In this document: one piece after another, positions 61,510-64,000 of the stretch
How the letters are laid out: each line of letters starts with the position of its first letter
How positions within the stretch are numbered: the stretch's first letter is position 1
Made by a program: the position numbers and the translations under genes
The notes under the pieces: model-generated
What the model was told of the DNA's origin: nothing
The model's database searches: none
What the model saw: only the letters and a program-made list of their open reading frames with translations
DNA from: Fidelibacterota bacterium
Lineage (GTDB): Bacteria; Fidelibacterota; Marinisomatia; Marinisomatales; Marinisomataceae
Direction of reading: 5' to 3'
Length of the DNA: 64,000 nt
Assembly: GCA_028140795.1 (NCBI GenBank)
Contig: JAOIOW010000004.1
Span: 300-64,299, forward strand

Positions 61510-61564
61510 TTGAATTGTAATGAAATTGAGAAAGAATTTTGAGGATAACTCAAAAGGAGCTTTA

Positions 61565-61951
61565 ATGCTAACAAATCTATATATCTTTCTTGCCTTCTAC
61601 TCTTCTGACTTAAATGATAATCAACGTATTGATAGTGATGGAATGATTGAACGAACCTATTACTTTGAACAATACCGCAAAGAAGATCAAACTTCCTTTT
61701 CAGAAGCCTTTAGAGCTGCACGTAAAGAATTAGGTCCTGGTAAAATTTTCATGTGGAATAATCGATACTTTACTACCAATTTTTATTATGAAACTGTAAT
61801 TGTCATTGCAGATGAGGTGGTAGATGTCAATAAAGAGAATAAAACTTATGCTTCCGAAGAGACATTGGGAGATGTTGTAGCAGTAAGATCGTATAAAGAC
61901 AGTGATAGATACGAGATTAACTATACGTTTTTAAATAAAATCGCTAAATAA
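61565..61951 (+). CDS. Hypothetical protein with SFxEAFxxARxxLGPG motif
   Basis: SD AAGGAG before ATG 61565; 30-aa motif shared with 63323..63829. Confidence 0.65.
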   Translation: MLTNLYIFLAFYSSDLNDNQRIDSDGMIERTYYFEQYRKEDQTSFSEAFRAARKELGPGKIFMWNNRYFTTNFYYETVIVIADEVVDVNKENKTYASEETLGDVVAVRSYKDSDRYEINYTFLNKIAK

Positions 61952-61953
61952 TA

Positions 61954-62949
61954 TTATAAAAGCTGTTTTATTTGAGCTGCTGCTTCTAAAACACCTTGTT
62001 CAGCGCTTCTTGGTTTCCATCCAAGGATATTCTTGGCATTATTAGAGTGGTAAATTCTTGTGATATCAATATCTGCTGTTAAATGCCTTACCTGCTTATC
62101 GAAGATTGCATATAACCTTACAAGAAATGATGGAAGTTCAATTCTAGGCGCATTATATCCATTTTCTCTTAATAATTTGGCTAGCTCTGGAAACCAAATA
62201 TGTCTGGTTGATGCTATAAATCGTTTTCCCACTGCTCTGTCATCTGTCATAGCTTGCACATGCAAGTCAGCAATGCATTTAATATGAACAATATTAATAC
62301 AGATATTAGCAGCAAATGGCAATGATCCATCAATCATGCGTTTTACCACTAAATTAGACGTTCCAACATCATTAGATAAAGATTCTCCAACAACAAGAGA
62401 AGGATTAATAGCTACAGCCTGCATGTCAGTTTTATCTTTATTCTTTTCCATAAAATCCCACAAAAACTTTTCAGCTTTAGTCTTACTAGTCTGATATGGT
62501 GCTACGTTCATGTTTAAATCAGTCCAATCAGTGTCATCATATTCATTTTTATGATTAGACCCACCTACAGCTGCAACTGAGGACGTCATTACAAAACGTT
62601 TGATATTATTCTTTAAAGCAGCTTCTAGACACCTTCTAATACCATTTACAGCTGGCTTAACAACCACATCATAGTCATTGGAATGACTTGTAGGTATTGG
62701 TGAGGCAATATGTTGCACATAATCACATCCAGCAACTGCATCATCCCACCCTTCATCTTTTAACAGATCTAATTCACAGAATTCAAGCATTCCTGCTGTG
62801 GAAACTTCTTTTTCCACCGCATCAATTACTTCTTGTTTTCGATCTAATGAACGAAGAGACGTACGTACCTTATAGCCCTCTTGAATGAGCTTTGAAATTA
62901 GATGTAGTGAGATAAATCCAGATCCACCACTTACAAAAACTTTTTCCAT
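61954..62949 (-). CDS. NAD-dependent epimerase/dehydratase (aldehyde reductase / DFR-like extended SDR)
   Basis: VSGGSGFIS, HIASP, TSSVAA, YQTSK, INPSLVVG. Confidence 0.92.
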   Translation of the reverse strand: MEKVFVSGGSGFISLHLISKLIQEGYKVRTSLRSLDRKQEVIDAVEKEVSTAGMLEFCELDLLKDEGWDDAVAGCDYVQHIASPIPTSHSNDYDVVVKPAVNGIRRCLEAALKNNIKRFVMTSSVAAVGGSNHKNEYDDTDWTDLNMNVAPYQTSKTKAEKFLWDFMEKNKDKTDMQAVAINPSLVVGESLSNDVGTSNLVVKRMIDGSLPFAANICINIVHIKCIADLHVQAMTDDRAVGKRFIASTRHIWFPELAKLLRENGYNAPRIELPSFLVRLYAIFDKQVRHLTADIDITRIYHSNNAKNILGWKPRSAEQGVLEAAAQIKQLL

Positions 62950-62957
62950 CTTAAGTA

Positions 62958-63239
62958 TTATTCAGGTTTTGGATACCAAATCATTACCATTTGATAACCA
63001 ATGATAAATAAATGTATTGCAAATACTAACCCTTGACTCCAAACATCTAGCCATAAATGAGTTTGCATAAAAAGCAATCCCACGATAATACAAAAAATAG
63101 AAGTAAACGCTTTAGCAATTGGTCTTACTGTATCCCCATTATTTATTGCAACTCTTAAAGATTGAGCCAAATCAAAAGATTTGATTGTTAATAAAGCCCA
63201 AACTATGAGATATGCTGATACTGCTATTGTTTCTTCCAT
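62958..63239 (-). CDS. Small hypothetical membrane protein
   Basis: Three hydrophobic segments; start placed at ATG 63239. Confidence 0.6.
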   Translation of the reverse strand: MEETIAVSAYLIVWALLTIKSFDLAQSLRVAINNGDTVRPIAKAFTSIFCIIVGLLFMQTHLWLDVWSQGLVFAIHLFIIGYQMVMIWYPKPE

Positions 63240-63322
63240 GGTATAAATATATGAAAACTTTGAAACAAAAATAAAAACTAAATGTATATAGGGTATGAAA
63301 GAGACATTAAGAGGCATAACAA

Positions 63323-63829
63323 ATGGAGTTTAAAAATATGTATAATAATGTTGAAAAATTCGTGTTAGCAGGTGTAATTTTGTGTATCGGTTCCTTGTTT
63401 TTTCTAATGGATCAATCCGAAGAAGTAGAACTGTCCGATAATATCTCAGAAAGCTTTAGCAATGAAGGCACTGTGGATGTAGAGATTACCTCATTAGTTA
63501 ATAACACCAATATGGGTAATTCAGTCAATGATGAAGCCATGGCTACAGAAACAGTGCCAACATTTAGTGATAATGTTGAATCAATTGAAGTAATTGAAAC
63601 TACCCCTGTACCCTCCTTTAACGACGCATTTTTAGCAGCTAGGAATGAACTAGGTCCTGGAAATACGTTTGAATGGAATGGAAATCTTTATTCTACCAAT
63701 TACGCCGACGAAGTATTTGAAGTCTTACAAAGCGAAGTTGCAGTAGAAGATATTTTAATTGATGAGACTGAACCACAACTCAGTCAAGTTGAAGAAGACG
63801 AAAGTCTTGCTTACAGTAACTCAAAATAG
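63323..63829 (+). CDS. Membrane-anchored acidic hypothetical protein with SFxDAFxxARxxLGPG motif
   Basis: N-terminal TM helix; motif SFNDAFLAARNELGPGNTFEWNGNLYSTNY. Confidence 0.7.
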   Translation: MEFKNMYNNVEKFVLAGVILCIGSLFFLMDQSEEVELSDNISESFSNEGTVDVEITSLVNNTNMGNSVNDEAMATETVPTFSDNVESIEVIETTPVPSFNDAFLAARNELGPGNTFEWNGNLYSTNYADEVFEVLQSEVAVEDILIDETEPQLSQVEEDESLAYSNSK

Positions 63830-63852
63830 TTATCTCTAGTTACCTCGAGTAC

Positions 63853-63884
63853 AAAAAAGGCGCCAAGTCGAGGGCGCCTTTTTT
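63853..63884. terminator. Bidirectional intrinsic terminator
   Basis: AAAAAAGGCGCC-N8-GGCGCCTTTTTT between convergent genes. Confidence 0.85.
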
Positions 63885-63887
63885 ATT

Positions 63888-64000
63888 TTATGATACTTTT
63901 GGAACTGGCATATCGCTGCCAAAGATTTTTTTAAGATCTGAAAATCCACCGATTGGTACTCCATCTACGAATATTTGAGGAACAAAAAAGTCTTCAATAC
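63888..64000 (-). CDS. Glutaredoxin, 3' end only (runs off window edge; not in ORF track)
   Basis: Minus strand reads IEDFFVPQIFVDGVPIGGFSDLKKIFGSDMPVPKVS*; VPQIF.DG..IGG.DL is the glutaredoxin signature. Confidence 0.8.
   Translation of the reverse strand, partial: IEDFFVPQIFVDGVPIGGFSDLKKIFGSDMPVPKVS

Larger units (their letters stand above)
54600..61510 (-). mobile_element. AT-rich defence island (no integrase/transposase seen; boundaries approximate)
   Basis: Visibly more AT-rich than the flanks; all ORFs on the minus strand; RM genes and orphans only. Confidence 0.6.

Overview
Low-GC (roughly 30%), densely coded bacterial chromosome segment. Gene content (DUF4295/bL38-like, DUF6122, sigma-54 hsp20 promoter, tight gene packing) suggests a streamlined FCB-group marine bacterium such as Marinimicrobia/SAR406; this is inference only. 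About 54 kb is housekeeping: murA, trkAH, uvrC, tldDE, umuDC, gltX, tadA, dnaX-ebfC-recR-pgsA-pgpA-cinA-recA, rnhB-lepB, nusA-infB-rbfA-truB-ribF-rpsO-pnp, ald, msrA, leuS and six tRNA genes. A very AT-rich, all-minus-strand island (about 54600-61510) encodes an AlwI-family Type IIS restriction system with two adenine methyltransferases, a second PD-(D/E)XK-like protein, a GIY-YIG-like protein, an RHH-like plus coiled-coil pair and an unknown ORF. It is headed by a promoter-driven, highly structured ~115-nt RNA that ends in a terminator whose loop can pair with the RNA 5' end; this is the best candidate for a novel system. Other points: four protein genes start 2-16 nt after a tRNA with no Shine-Dalgarno (including tadA right behind its substrate tRNA-Arg(ACG)); uvrC appears to need a non-canonical AUU/AUA start; structural Cys ligands are lost from DnaX, RecR, UvrC and GltX; dnaX has an A9 slippage tract; a rimP-leader hairpin persists without rimP; and two orphan proteins share a 30-aa motif.
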